Shown here in pieces: positions 8,405 through 17,188 of a DNA stretch of 26,682 nt. Origin of the DNA: Synergistaceae bacterium (GTDB taxonomy: Bacteria > Synergistota > Synergistia > Synergistales > Synergistaceae); assembly GCA_030531285.1 (NCBI GenBank), contig JAUNNW010000002.1, forward strand, positions 1 to 26,682, read 5' to 3'. The notes under the pieces are model-generated. The model ran no database searches, was not told the origin of the DNA, and worked only from the letters and a program-made list of their open reading frames with translations. A program made the position numbers and the translations under genes. Position 1 is the stretch's first letter. Each line of letters begins with the position of its first letter.

Positions 8405-8432
8405 ATTATAGCATTATATTTATATTTTGCAA
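8405..8432 (-). promoter_or_regulatory. Sigma70-type promoter of rplU-rpmA
   Basis: Minus strand TTGCAA (8432-8427), 16 nt spacer, TGc-TATAAT (8410-8405). Confidence 0.75.
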
Positions 8433-8442
8433 GCCATAATTT

Positions 8443-10101
8443 TCAATCGGTCTCAGTCTGAAGCAAAGCTCGTGCATGAGTAAGCGCTTCCGTGGAATTT
8501 TCATCGCCGGAGAGCATTCTGGCGATTTCTTTTTCGCGTTCCGCGCCGGAAACGGGAAAAATAAGCGTATCGTCCCCATCGCGTTTTACAAGAAAATGTT
8601 GGTCTGCCATAGAAGCAATCGTTGCCTGATGCGTTATAAGTATCGTTCTGCAGCGCCTTGAAAGTTCTTTCAGCTTGTATCCGGCAAGCAGCGCGCTTTT
8701 GCCGCCGAGTCCGGCTTCAACTTCGTCAAAGACAAGAGTTCCGGGCAGTTTGTCGTCGCCTGCCGCAAGCTGCAAGGCAATAAGTATGCGTGACAACTCG
8801 CCGCCGGAAGCTGTTTTGCTCACAGGCATAGGCTCCTGATCGGGCAATCTGAGCATAAATCTGGCGCTTTCGGCGCCGTTAGATTTAACCTTGTCAAGTT
8901 CGGCAATTTCTATTTCAAAACGCGCATAACCCATCGCCAGTTCGTTCAGACAGTCGTTTACGCTGTTCTGCAGCTTTTCTGCGGCTGCTTTTCTCATCTT
9001 GCGAAGTGCCTGTACTTTTGCGACAAGATTTTTGCGAAGCTGGGCTGATTCTGTTTCAAGCTTCTGCAGTTCGGAAAGGCTTGTCTGGAGCCATACCACC
9101 GTCTGCTGTGCCTCAAGGGCATAATTTAATATATCCTCGCAGCTTTCGGCTTTCAGCCTGCGTTTCAGTCTGCGCAGCTGTCCGAGCTTTTCTTCCGTTT
9201 CATCGCGCGCCTCCTCAACGCTTCCTTTGTCAAGCACAAGTTTCATATCATGTTCAAACAGTGCAGACAGTTTCTGTGCAGCAGAAAGCAGCTGTTCGGC
9301 AGCTTCCCTCTTGGGGCTGTCAGCGTTTTCAAGTTCCTGCAATCCCCTGCAAATTTCGGTTGCGCTGTCTAAAATGCAGGCGCCGTTTTCATTACCGGCG
9401 ATTTTTCCGTAAAGAGCGTAAAGGGTTTTGAGTTTTGCGCTCTGTTCGTCAAGCTCTTTCAGATCTGCTTCAAGTTTATTTTCACTGTCCGCCGTAAGTT
9501 TCAGTGAATTTATCAGCGCCACGTCTTTTTCGGCATCGGAAAAGCGTTCAGCACGCTCTTTTCTGCTGTTTTTAAGCTCTACAAGAGCTGTTTCCGTCTT
9601 CAAAGCCTGCTCAAATATTCCTGCAAGTTCCCCTTTTACCCGTGCAAGTTCAGAACCGCCGCAGGAATCAACAAGTTCAAGCTGTCTGAGGGGTTCAAGA
9701 AGCGAGAGCTGCGCATACTGGCTCTGTATGACTATTTCCTGCTCCATTAGCTCGGAAAGCTTGTTCACGGTCAAATTCGTTCCTGAAAGCGAAAGTGTTC
9801 CGCGCCCATCCTTTTTAAACCGCCGCAGGACATTCAACTCGTTCGAAGCCGGATTGAGAGGGACTATTCCCTCATAAGCCGAAACGTTTTTCGGCTCGTA
9901 ATTCATATTTACCTCAGAGTATTCTTCAGAGGCATGAATATAGTTTACCTGAGCCCTTTTTCCAGAGATAAATTCAAGCGCACGGACAAGACTGCTTTTT
10001 CCCGATCCGCTTTCTCCGGTTATAACTATAAAACTTCCGGTGAAATCAAGTCCGGCATCTTTAATGCCGCCAACTCCGTGAACCTGAAGACTGCTAATCA
10101 T
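8443..10101 (-). CDS. recN: DNA repair protein RecN
   Basis: Walker A ITGESGSGKS, long coiled coil, signature ASGGELSR, Walker B LVFDEVEAG, ITHQATIAS, EIARMLSG. Confidence 0.92.
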   Translation of the reverse strand: MISSLQVHGVGGIKDAGLDFTGSFIVITGESGSGKSSLVRALEFISGKRAQVNYIHASEEYSEVNMNYEPKNVSAYEGIVPLNPASNELNVLRRFKKDGRGTLSLSGTNLTVNKLSELMEQEIVIQSQYAQLSLLEPLRQLELVDSCGGSELARVKGELAGIFEQALKTETALVELKNSRKERAERFSDAEKDVALINSLKLTADSENKLEADLKELDEQSAKLKTLYALYGKIAGNENGACILDSATEICRGLQELENADSPKREAAEQLLSAAQKLSALFEHDMKLVLDKGSVEEARDETEEKLGQLRRLKRRLKAESCEDILNYALEAQQTVVWLQTSLSELQKLETESAQLRKNLVAKVQALRKMRKAAAEKLQNSVNDCLNELAMGYARFEIEIAELDKVKSNGAESARFMLRLPDQEPMPVSKTASGGELSRILIALQLAAGDDKLPGTLVFDEVEAGLGGKSALLAGYKLKELSRRCRTILITHQATIASMADQHFLVKRDGDDTLIFPVSGAEREKEIARMLSGDENSTEALTHARALLQTETD

Positions 10102-10972
10102 TCGGAATCATCCTCTCGCCAGTTCCGTTGAACCCCCAGCTCAGTTTGCGTCTGAGCAGATCATAATAGCTCGTGCCGTATGGTTCTATTGTATACACTT
10201 TAAATTCTGATGCAAGCTCCGCTTCAAGTCTGTCTCCTGCAAACAGTTCATAACCGAGCTGTCCGTCCTGCGTAAGACACAATTTTGCAGTACGGCTCAT
10301 AAGTTCCACTGCTATTTTGTCTTTGCCGTTCAGCACTACTGGTCTTGCAAACAGTGTATGGGCGCAAATAGGCGCCATAATCAGGCAGGAAACGTTAGGC
10401 GGCACAACCGGACCGCCGGCAGACAAAGCATAAGCTGTTGAACCCGTCGGGGTGGCAAAAATAATGCCGTCAGACAGATAATTTGACAACAGTTCTCCGT
10501 TTACGCTTATCTGAAGTTCCACGACGCGTGAAAGGCTGGTTTTTGATATGACAAGGTCGTTAAGCGCGTACATTGTTGCTGCCGTTCTGCCGTCCCGTAT
10601 AACGCTGCCCCTTACAACCTCGCGTTCAAGCAGCTTGTATTTACCGTCAAGAATTTGCTTTATGTCAGCTTCAATATTCTCCGGCAGACCCGTCGACAGA
10701 AAGCCAAGCCTGCCGAGATTAATTCCGTACAGCGGAATTTTTTTACCGAAAAGCATCCTTGCAGCACGAAGAAAAGTACCGTCTCCTCCGAGAATAAGCG
10801 CAAATAAAGCTCCGTCAAAATTATCCGTTCCTTCTGTGCCAAGAAGCAAGGCTGAATTTTTAGGCAGCAGAAATTCCGTTTCGCCGAACGCAGAAGATGT
10901 CAGCAGTTTTTTAGCGGCTTCAACTGCTTTCGGTTTGCTCGTATTAAATATCAAAACAATTTTTTTACTCAT
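10094..10972 (-). CDS. nadK: NAD(+) kinase
   Basis: GGDGT motif, GINLGRLGFL, ALNDLVI, DGIIFATPTGSTAYALSAGGP. Confidence 0.95.
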   Translation of the reverse strand: MSKKIVLIFNTSKPKAVEAAKKLLTSSAFGETEFLLPKNSALLLGTEGTDNFDGALFALILGGDGTFLRAARMLFGKKIPLYGINLGRLGFLSTGLPENIEADIKQILDGKYKLLEREVVRGSVIRDGRTAATMYALNDLVISKTSLSRVVELQISVNGELLSNYLSDGIIFATPTGSTAYALSAGGPVVPPNVSCLIMAPICAHTLFARPVVLNGKDKIAVELMSRTAKLCLTQDGQLGYELFAGDRLEAELASEFKVYTIEPYGTSYYDLLRRKLSWGFNGTGERMIPND

Positions 10973-10993
10973 TACAGCACCGGCTTTTCCTGA

Positions 10994-11815
10994 TTAAATA
11001 TGTTTTTCTGCGTGTTTGTGTGCCTCGTCCACAAGTTCAGCCACATCAAACGGCCTTTGCTCTGTCCCACTTTCTTTTTTGGAAAGCAGCAGAAGAAATT
11101 CTATATTGCCCTCCGGACCGCGTATCGGCGAATAGGTAATATCAAGAATTTTCAGTCCTGTTTCATTTTCAGCAAACTCAGATACGTCTTTCAGAACCGC
11201 CTCATGCAATGCAGGTTCGGTAACAACGCCGCGTCCTATATGTTCGCGACCGACTTCAAACTGCGGCTTGACAAGCGTGACTATGACGCCTTCAGGCTTA
11301 ATCAGCTGTTCAAAGACGTTAAGCAGCAGCTTGAGCGATATAAAAGAAGCATCGCAGACCAGCAGATCAAAAAGTTCGCTCCTAAAAGTTTCTGCCGTAA
11401 GGAAACGTGCGTTCGTGCGTTCCATAACATAAACCCTGTCATCGTTTCTAAGTTTCCATGCAAGCTGTCCGTAGCCGACGTCAACTGCGCAAACGGAGGC
11501 AGCGCCTTTTGAAAGCAGCACGTCCGTAAAACCTCCTGTGGAAGCGCCTATATCGATACAACGCAGTCCGGCAGGATTAAGCCCAAAATATTCAACTGCT
11601 TTCAGCAGTTTGTAAGCGCCGCGGCTCACCCATTCTTTTTCGGGACGGTCGAGCTTAACGCTCGCCCCGGGCATAACCTGAGAGGCAGGCTTAGTAACAA
11701 CCGAACCGTTGACCGTGACCCTGCCCTGCCCAATATACTCCCGCGCGGCAGTGCGGGATTCAGCAAAGCCGTTATCTGCAAGATATTTGTCAAGTCTTAC
11801 AAGCTTAGCTTTCAT
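10994..11815 (-). CDS. tlyA: TlyA family rRNA 2'-O-methyltransferase (S4 + FtsJ domains)
   Basis: RLDKYL S4 domain, WVSRGAYKL, DIGASTGGFTDVLL, AVDVGYGQL, LVKPQFE, GPEGNIEFL. Confidence 0.95.
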   Translation of the reverse strand: MKAKLVRLDKYLADNGFAESRTAAREYIGQGRVTVNGSVVTKPASQVMPGASVKLDRPEKEWVSRGAYKLLKAVEYFGLNPAGLRCIDIGASTGGFTDVLLSKGAASVCAVDVGYGQLAWKLRNDDRVYVMERTNARFLTAETFRSELFDLLVCDASFISLKLLLNVFEQLIKPEGVIVTLVKPQFEVGREHIGRGVVTEPALHEAVLKDVSEFAENETGLKILDITYSPIRGPEGNIEFLLLLSKKESGTEQRPFDVAELVDEAHKHAEKHI

Positions 11816-13637
11816 TTATCAGCCGTATAATGTTGCCGGAGGTCATGCCGCAATCTTCCCACTGTTCCGCGGACGAGGCATGCGATATAAAACGGTCTGG
11901 AACACCGACGCTGATTATTTTGCAGTTTAATAAATTCTGCGAAACAAGCGCCGCAATTTCTTCACCGATCCCGCCTTTAAGCGAAGCGTCCTCAGCCGTA
12001 ACAGCCAAACTGTGTTTTTTAAGCTGTTCAAGCAGACCATATTTGTCAAGCGGCTTTATAAAACGCAGATCGACTACCGTTGCATCTCTGCCGTCTGCTT
12101 TCAGTTTTTCAGCAGTTTCAAGCATAAGCGGCAGAGTGTCACCGGCTGCAATCAGTAATATATCCTTTCCTTCGCTGATCAGCTGCAGTTTTCCCCATTC
12201 AGCAGATGACTTTTCAAAATCAAAAGCAGGAACGTTTCCGCGCGGATAGCGTACCGCCATCGGAATTTTTCTCTCCGCCCAGCCGTCTATCATAAATTTA
12301 AGTTCTTTTTCGTCCCTCGGCGCAGCTATCGTCATATCCGGCAGTGCCTTGAGCCACGCAGCGTCAAAAAGTCCGTGGTGTGTTTCGCCATCGTTTCCGA
12401 CAAGACCGCTTCTGTCAATGCAGAGCAGCACAGGCAGTTTCGGAAGGCAAATATCGTGCATAACCTGATCGGCGGCACGCTGCAGGAAGGTTGAATAAAT
12501 GCACACGGCAGGCTTCATGCCGCCGGCAGCAAGTCCCGCTGCATAAACAAGGGTATGTTCTTCGGCTATGCCTGTATCTATGAAGCGTTCCGGAAATTTT
12601 TCGGCAAACTCTCCAAGCTTTGTTCCGTCTTTCATAGCCGCTGTCAAAGCAAAAATTTTGTCGTCTTTTTCAGCCAGTTCTGTCAGGCAGTCAGCTGCAG
12701 CCTTGCTCCATGCAAGCTTTCCGCTGCCTTGCGGTATCCGCAGAGAGGAATTTGCACCTACTCCGTGGAAATAAGACGGATTTTCTTCCGTTTCCTTAAA
12801 GCCCTTGCCTTTTTTTGTTATAACGTGGATAACAAGCGATTTGTCATACTGTTTGGCAAGTTCAAACACCTTCGCAAGTTCTTCGGCGTTGTGTCCGTCA
12901 AAAGGTCCCCAATAGCTTATTCCGAACTGCTCGAATATATTTGCCGGAAGAAGAATCGCTTTAAGTTTGTTTTTCCAGTTTTCGAGCGCAGGCCTGAAGC
13001 CGCTGTTTTCGCTTTTCTTTTTGACAAATGCCTTAAATTTTTTATAAGTGCTGTTCACCGCAAGCTGCGCAAGATGGTTAGCGGCTCCTCCGACTCGTCT
13101 GTCTATTGACATTCTGTTGTCATTCAAAACGATAATAACCTTGGAGTTGTTTGGCTCCATGTTATTGAGCGCTTCAAAAGAAACGCCGTTCAGCAGAGAG
13201 CCGTCGCCTATAACGGCAACAACGTGGTGATTTTCTCCTTTGAGGTCGCGTGCTTTTGCATAGCCCATTGCAGCCGAAACCGACGTACTGCTGTGCCCAG
13301 TTGTGAAGGCATCGTATCGGCTTTCGTCTAGTCTGGGAAAACCTGCCATACCACCCTTTTGGCGCAGCGTGGCAAAGCGCTCCGCACCCTGCGTGAGAAT
13401 TTTGTAGGCGTAACTCTGGTGCCCGACGTCAAATAATACTTTGTCTTCATCAGGGTTAAACGCTTTCAGCAGAGCAGCGTTAATTTCCACCGCGCCAAGC
13501 GAAGACGCAAGATGTCCGCCGTTTTTCAGCGTTACGTCAAGTATAAGAGTCCTGAGTTTGCGGCACAACTCCTTAAGCCCGTTTTCATCAAGCTTTTTTA
13601 CTTCTTTATAACTGCATATAGTATCAAGCTGTTCCAT
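11805..13637 (-). CDS. dxs: 1-deoxy-D-xylulose-5-phosphate synthase
   Basis: GGHLASSLG, DVGHQ, GHSSTS, TPP motif GDG...N, DTGIAEEH, YSTFLQRA, DGETHHG, VRYPRG. Confidence 0.97.
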   Translation of the reverse strand: MEQLDTICSYKEVKKLDENGLKELCRKLRTLILDVTLKNGGHLASSLGAVEINAALLKAFNPDEDKVLFDVGHQSYAYKILTQGAERFATLRQKGGMAGFPRLDESRYDAFTTGHSSTSVSAAMGYAKARDLKGENHHVVAVIGDGSLLNGVSFEALNNMEPNNSKVIIVLNDNRMSIDRRVGGAANHLAQLAVNSTYKKFKAFVKKKSENSGFRPALENWKNKLKAILLPANIFEQFGISYWGPFDGHNAEELAKVFELAKQYDKSLVIHVITKKGKGFKETEENPSYFHGVGANSSLRIPQGSGKLAWSKAAADCLTELAEKDDKIFALTAAMKDGTKLGEFAEKFPERFIDTGIAEEHTLVYAAGLAAGGMKPAVCIYSTFLQRAADQVMHDICLPKLPVLLCIDRSGLVGNDGETHHGLFDAAWLKALPDMTIAAPRDEKELKFMIDGWAERKIPMAVRYPRGNVPAFDFEKSSAEWGKLQLISEGKDILLIAAGDTLPLMLETAEKLKADGRDATVVDLRFIKPLDKYGLLEQLKKHSLAVTAEDASLKGGIGEEIAALVSQNLLNCKIISVGVPDRFISHASSAEQWEDCGMTSGNIIRLINES

Positions 13638-13640
13638 AAT

Positions 13641-14537
13641 TTATTTAGTTCTTTCAAGAAGTGCCATCGGCAGCTGTGCAAGGAAACTTTCCTCTCCAAG
13701 CAGTTCGGAAATAACAGCTTTTGCCGCTTCTGACTCCTCCTTTGCGAATTCCTTTGCTTTCTCCAGCCCATAGGCAGTAACGTAGTTTATTTTTCCCTGC
13801 TCTGCGTCCTTGCCTGGGGTCTTGCCAAGTTGTTCAGAGGTAGTGGTAACGTCCAGAATATCGTCTATAATCTGAAACGCCGTTCCGAGATGCTTACCGT
13901 ATTTCTCAAAAATCAAAAGCGTTTTTCCGTCATCGGTGCCGAGAGCTGCACCGCTCATAAGAGCCGCTTTTATAAGTTCTCCGGTTTTAAGCGCCGCGAC
14001 CTTGCAGACGTAATCCGGCTCCTTTTCGGCAAGCGCACAATCCATGTCAAGCACCTGACCGCCGCAGACACCCGAGGGACCAAAAGCTTCGGTAAATATT
14101 CGGACAGCATTAAGCAGTCTGTCTGAACTCACTCCGGAAGTATACGCCAAAGGATAGGCTATCGACTCGACCATAAGCGCATCGCCGGCAAGAACCGCAA
14201 GAGTTTCGCCGAATTTTGCGTGGTTTGAGAGTTTTCCGCGGCGCATATCGTCATTATCCATGCACGGAAGGTCATCATGAATAAGCGATGCCGTATGAGT
14301 CATTTCATAGCCGAGAGCCATCGGCATTGCCGTTTCCTTTGTGCAGCCGCAGGCTTCGGCAGCCGCCAGGCAGAGCACGGGGCGCAGTCTTTTGCCTCCC
14401 GCCGTAAGGGAATATTCCATGGACTCAAAAAGCTTTTCGGGAACACGATTGGCACGCGTTTCTGCAGTCTTTTCAATATATTGGTCAACATAGTCGGCAT
14501 AGGCTTTAAATTCAGCCATAACCTGCTGAAAATCCAT
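13641..14537 (-). CDS. ispA: Polyprenyl synthetase (farnesyl/geranyl diphosphate synthase, IspA-type)
   Basis: GGKRLRP, first Asp-rich motif LIHDDLPCMD, LAGDAL, GQVLD, KTG, second motif FQIIDDILD, GKTPGKD. Confidence 0.93.
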   Translation of the reverse strand: MDFQQVMAEFKAYADYVDQYIEKTAETRANRVPEKLFESMEYSLTAGGKRLRPVLCLAAAEACGCTKETAMPMALGYEMTHTASLIHDDLPCMDNDDMRRGKLSNHAKFGETLAVLAGDALMVESIAYPLAYTSGVSSDRLLNAVRIFTEAFGPSGVCGGQVLDMDCALAEKEPDYVCKVAALKTGELIKAALMSGAALGTDDGKTLLIFEKYGKHLGTAFQIIDDILDVTTTSEQLGKTPGKDAEQGKINYVTAYGLEKAKEFAKEESEAAKAVISELLGEESFLAQLPMALLERTK

Positions 14538-14543
14538 AAGCAG

Positions 14544-14738
14544 TTATTCCTCCTCATCCCTTACTGAATCGCTCAGCTCGGTTACCTTCTGTTTGGCATT
14601 TTCCAGAAACTCCTTGCACTCTTTGATAGCAGTGATTGCTTTCTCAAAATCTCCGAGAGCTTCCTCAACTGTCGTTTCATGTTTCTCAATTTTGTCCAGA
14701 AGTTCCTCAATTTTTTCAAGATTTTTGGTAAAATTCAT
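14544..14738 (-). CDS. xseB: Exodeoxyribonuclease VII small subunit
   Basis: MNFTKNLEKIEELLDKIE...EEALGDFEKAITAIKECKEFLENAKQKV. AAGGAG precedes ATG 14738; position upstream of ispA-dxs is typical. Confidence 0.85.
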   Translation of the reverse strand: MNFTKNLEKIEELLDKIEKHETTVEEALGDFEKAITAIKECKEFLENAKQKVTELSDSVRDEEE

Positions 14739-14756
14739 TTTTTTGCTCCTTTGCTC

Positions 14757-14784
14757 TTGCAAAATTTAATTTGTATGCTACAAT
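14757..14784 (+). promoter_or_regulatory. Sigma70-type promoter of rpmB
   Basis: TTGCAA (14757-14762), 16 nt spacer, TGc-TACAAT (14779-14784); AAGGAGG RBS further downstream. Confidence 0.7.
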
Positions 14785-14823
14785 GTTTAAGTTAATGCTG
14801 AAGTTTCAAGGAGGGACCACACG

Positions 14824-15021
14824 ATGTCTAAATACTGTGATTGCTGCGGACGCGGCCCTGTGACGGGCAACGCAGTCAGCCATTCAAACCGCCACACAAG
14901 ACGCCGCTGGCTTATTAACATTCAAACCGTACGCGTCAACGTCGGAGGCGGAGAGACCCGCAAACTCCACATCTGCACAAAATGTCTCAGATCCGGTATA
15001 GTCCAGAGAGCCGTTAAATAA
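14824..15021 (+). CDS. rpmB: 50S ribosomal protein L28 (Zn-binding Cys form)
   Basis: MSKYCDCCGRGPVTGNAVSHSNRHTRRRWLINIQ...LHICTKCLRS. Confidence 0.97.
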   Translation: MSKYCDCCGRGPVTGNAVSHSNRHTRRRWLINIQTVRVNVGGGETRKLHICTKCLRSGIVQRAVK

Positions 15022-15036
15022 CGGCTCTTTTCTTTT
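15007..15036 (+). terminator. Intrinsic terminator of rpmB (between converging rpmB and ftsK)
   Basis: AGAGCCGTTA (15007-15016) / TAACGGCTCT (15019-15028), followed by TTTCTTTT. Confidence 0.75.
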
Positions 15037-17188
15037 ACCTTTCACCGAGTACCTCGTCAAGGCGTTCCTGCGCCATAGCTTCGTCTACAAGTATCTCCCT
15101 TCCCTTGGCGCCTTCCGAAGGACCGACTATTCCAAGCTGCTCCATCATATCAAGCAGCCGCGACGCACGGGAGAAACCTACGCGCAGTCTTCTCTGCAGA
15201 TTGCTTGCGGAAGCTATCCCGCTTTCAAGTATGTATTCTACTGCCTGTTCAAGCATATCATCGTCATAGGTTCCGTCTTTTGTGTTGGCAGCCGCAGAAT
15301 GAGCTTCAACGTCTTCAAAGAACACAGGGTCACCGAACAGGCTGTTCATATACTGCAGCCAGTTCTCAAGAATATCGTCTGCAATCCACGGAGATTGTAT
15401 GCGTACTGGCTTAGGGTTCTTCGTGGAAAGGAACAGCATATCTCCCTTGCCGAGCAGTTTCTCGGCTCCGACACCGTCAATTATCGTGCGTGAATCAATA
15501 CCGGTGGCAACCGAAAAAGCCACTCTTGCCGGAATATTTGCCTTGATAAGTCCGGTTATAACGTTTACGGACGGACGCTGCGTGGCAAGAATGAGGTGTA
15601 TGCCGGCAGCCCTTGCCTTTTGCGCAAGCCGTACGATATAATCTTCAACCTCTTTTGAAGCTGTCATCATAAGGTCGGCAAGCTCGTCAACGATAATTAC
15701 TATATGCGGCTTTTTGTCCTTGGGCAACAGATTGGGGCGCGCATTAAATGCTTCAAGATTGCGCACCCTTGCGCTTTCAAAGTCACTGAAGCGGCGTTCC
15801 ATTTCGTTGACAGCCCACGCAAGCGTGTGAACGGCTTTCTTGGGGCTTGCAACTGGAGGCGTGAGCAGATGCGGAAGATTGTCGTACACCGCGAATTCGA
15901 CGCGTTTCGGGTCGACAAGAATAAGCCTCAATTCGTCCGGAGTGCAGTGCGAGCAGAGACCGACTATGCAGGAATTTATAAAGACTGATTTTCCCGAGCC
16001 GGTCGTACCGGCAACAAGCAGATGAGGCAGCGTTTCAAGCCCTATAACCGTCGATTCGCCGCTAACGGTTACACCGAAAGGCATAGGCAGTGCGTATTTT
16101 GTTCTTCTGTAGGAATCATCCTCAATCATCGTACGCATTGGGATACCCCTGCGGTGCGGATTCGGAATTTCAATACCGACGTACGACGTTCCCGGCACCG
16201 GCGTCTCAATGCGTATCGAAGGGACGGCAAGAGCAAGAGCTATGTCATTTGAAAGAGTTGCAACCCTTGAAGTACGTATGCCGGAGCCGAGCGTTATTCT
16301 AAACTGGATAACTGTGGGGCCGACAAGTATATCGGCAAGCTCAGCCTGAACACCAAATTCATCAAGCGCTTTTATCATCTTTTCGCCGAGTGGCATGCAG
16401 CGTTCAGGTTTCAATTCGTTGTCATGCGTTTCCTCAGGGCCGAAAATTTCAGGCGGAGGCGGGAAAATTCCTTCCTCAGCCACCTGCAGAGCACCGAGAT
16501 CAAAATTAGGTTCCTGTACCTCTGCGGCATTTTCTTTTTTCCTGTGAGTGCGTTTCGGCTTAATTTCGTCTTTCAGCACAAGTTCTTCAGCAAACGGATC
16601 TTCTATTGCGGCTTTTGCGCTGTCATTGTCCTCAGAATTTTTTTTCTCTTTTCCGCTCAGACCGGAAAATTTAGTCCAGATAACAGCGGCACAGTTTTTA
16701 ATGCATCTGTTGACGGGCAGCCCATAGAGCAGAAAAATAATATACATACACACGACACCAGCAAGAAGAGTCCCAAAAGCTCCGAGTGTGCCGAACGCTT
16801 TTTCTGCGATAAAATGTCCGGTTTCCCCTGCTTTGAGACAATATACAGCGCTTTCTCCGCCCGTTAGTTCCTTTATGCCCAAAACTGCTGAGGCAGCCAG
16901 ATAAAGCAAAAGCGTTGCCGCTGTCTGCCTGACACAGTTGGGGATTTCTTTTGAAAAAACACGGCATATACAGACGTATATAATAAAACAAAGCGGAATA
17001 ACAAGTGCGCCTCCGGCGTAATTGGTCAGGAAACCTGCAGTTTTCCTGCCAATAGTTCCTGTTTTGTCCGTACAGAATGAAACCAACACAAAAAGAACCA
17101 TTACAAAAACAAGTACGATTAGAATTTTTTCCGCCGCTTTTTTTTGCAAACTGTAATCTTTCTGTCTGTCTTTCGTGTTCTTCAGCAT
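15035..17188 (-). CDS. ftsK: DNA translocase FtsK/SpoIIIE
   Basis: N-terminal TM segments, Walker A LLVAGTTGSGKS, LILVDPKRVE, IIVDELADLMM, GIHLILATQRPSV, and gamma domain LQRRLRVGFSRASRL. Confidence 0.97.
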   Translation of the reverse strand: MLKNTKDRQKDYSLQKKAAEKILIVLVFVMVLFVLVSFCTDKTGTIGRKTAGFLTNYAGGALVIPLCFIIYVCICRVFSKEIPNCVRQTAATLLLYLAASAVLGIKELTGGESAVYCLKAGETGHFIAEKAFGTLGAFGTLLAGVVCMYIIFLLYGLPVNRCIKNCAAVIWTKFSGLSGKEKKNSEDNDSAKAAIEDPFAEELVLKDEIKPKRTHRKKENAAEVQEPNFDLGALQVAEEGIFPPPPEIFGPEETHDNELKPERCMPLGEKMIKALDEFGVQAELADILVGPTVIQFRITLGSGIRTSRVATLSNDIALALAVPSIRIETPVPGTSYVGIEIPNPHRRGIPMRTMIEDDSYRRTKYALPMPFGVTVSGESTVIGLETLPHLLVAGTTGSGKSVFINSCIVGLCSHCTPDELRLILVDPKRVEFAVYDNLPHLLTPPVASPKKAVHTLAWAVNEMERRFSDFESARVRNLEAFNARPNLLPKDKKPHIVIIVDELADLMMTASKEVEDYIVRLAQKARAAGIHLILATQRPSVNVITGLIKANIPARVAFSVATGIDSRTIIDGVGAEKLLGKGDMLFLSTKNPKPVRIQSPWIADDILENWLQYMNSLFGDPVFFEDVEAHSAAANTKDGTYDDDMLEQAVEYILESGIASASNLQRRLRVGFSRASRLLDMMEQLGIVGPSEGAKGREILVDEAMAQERLDEVLGER

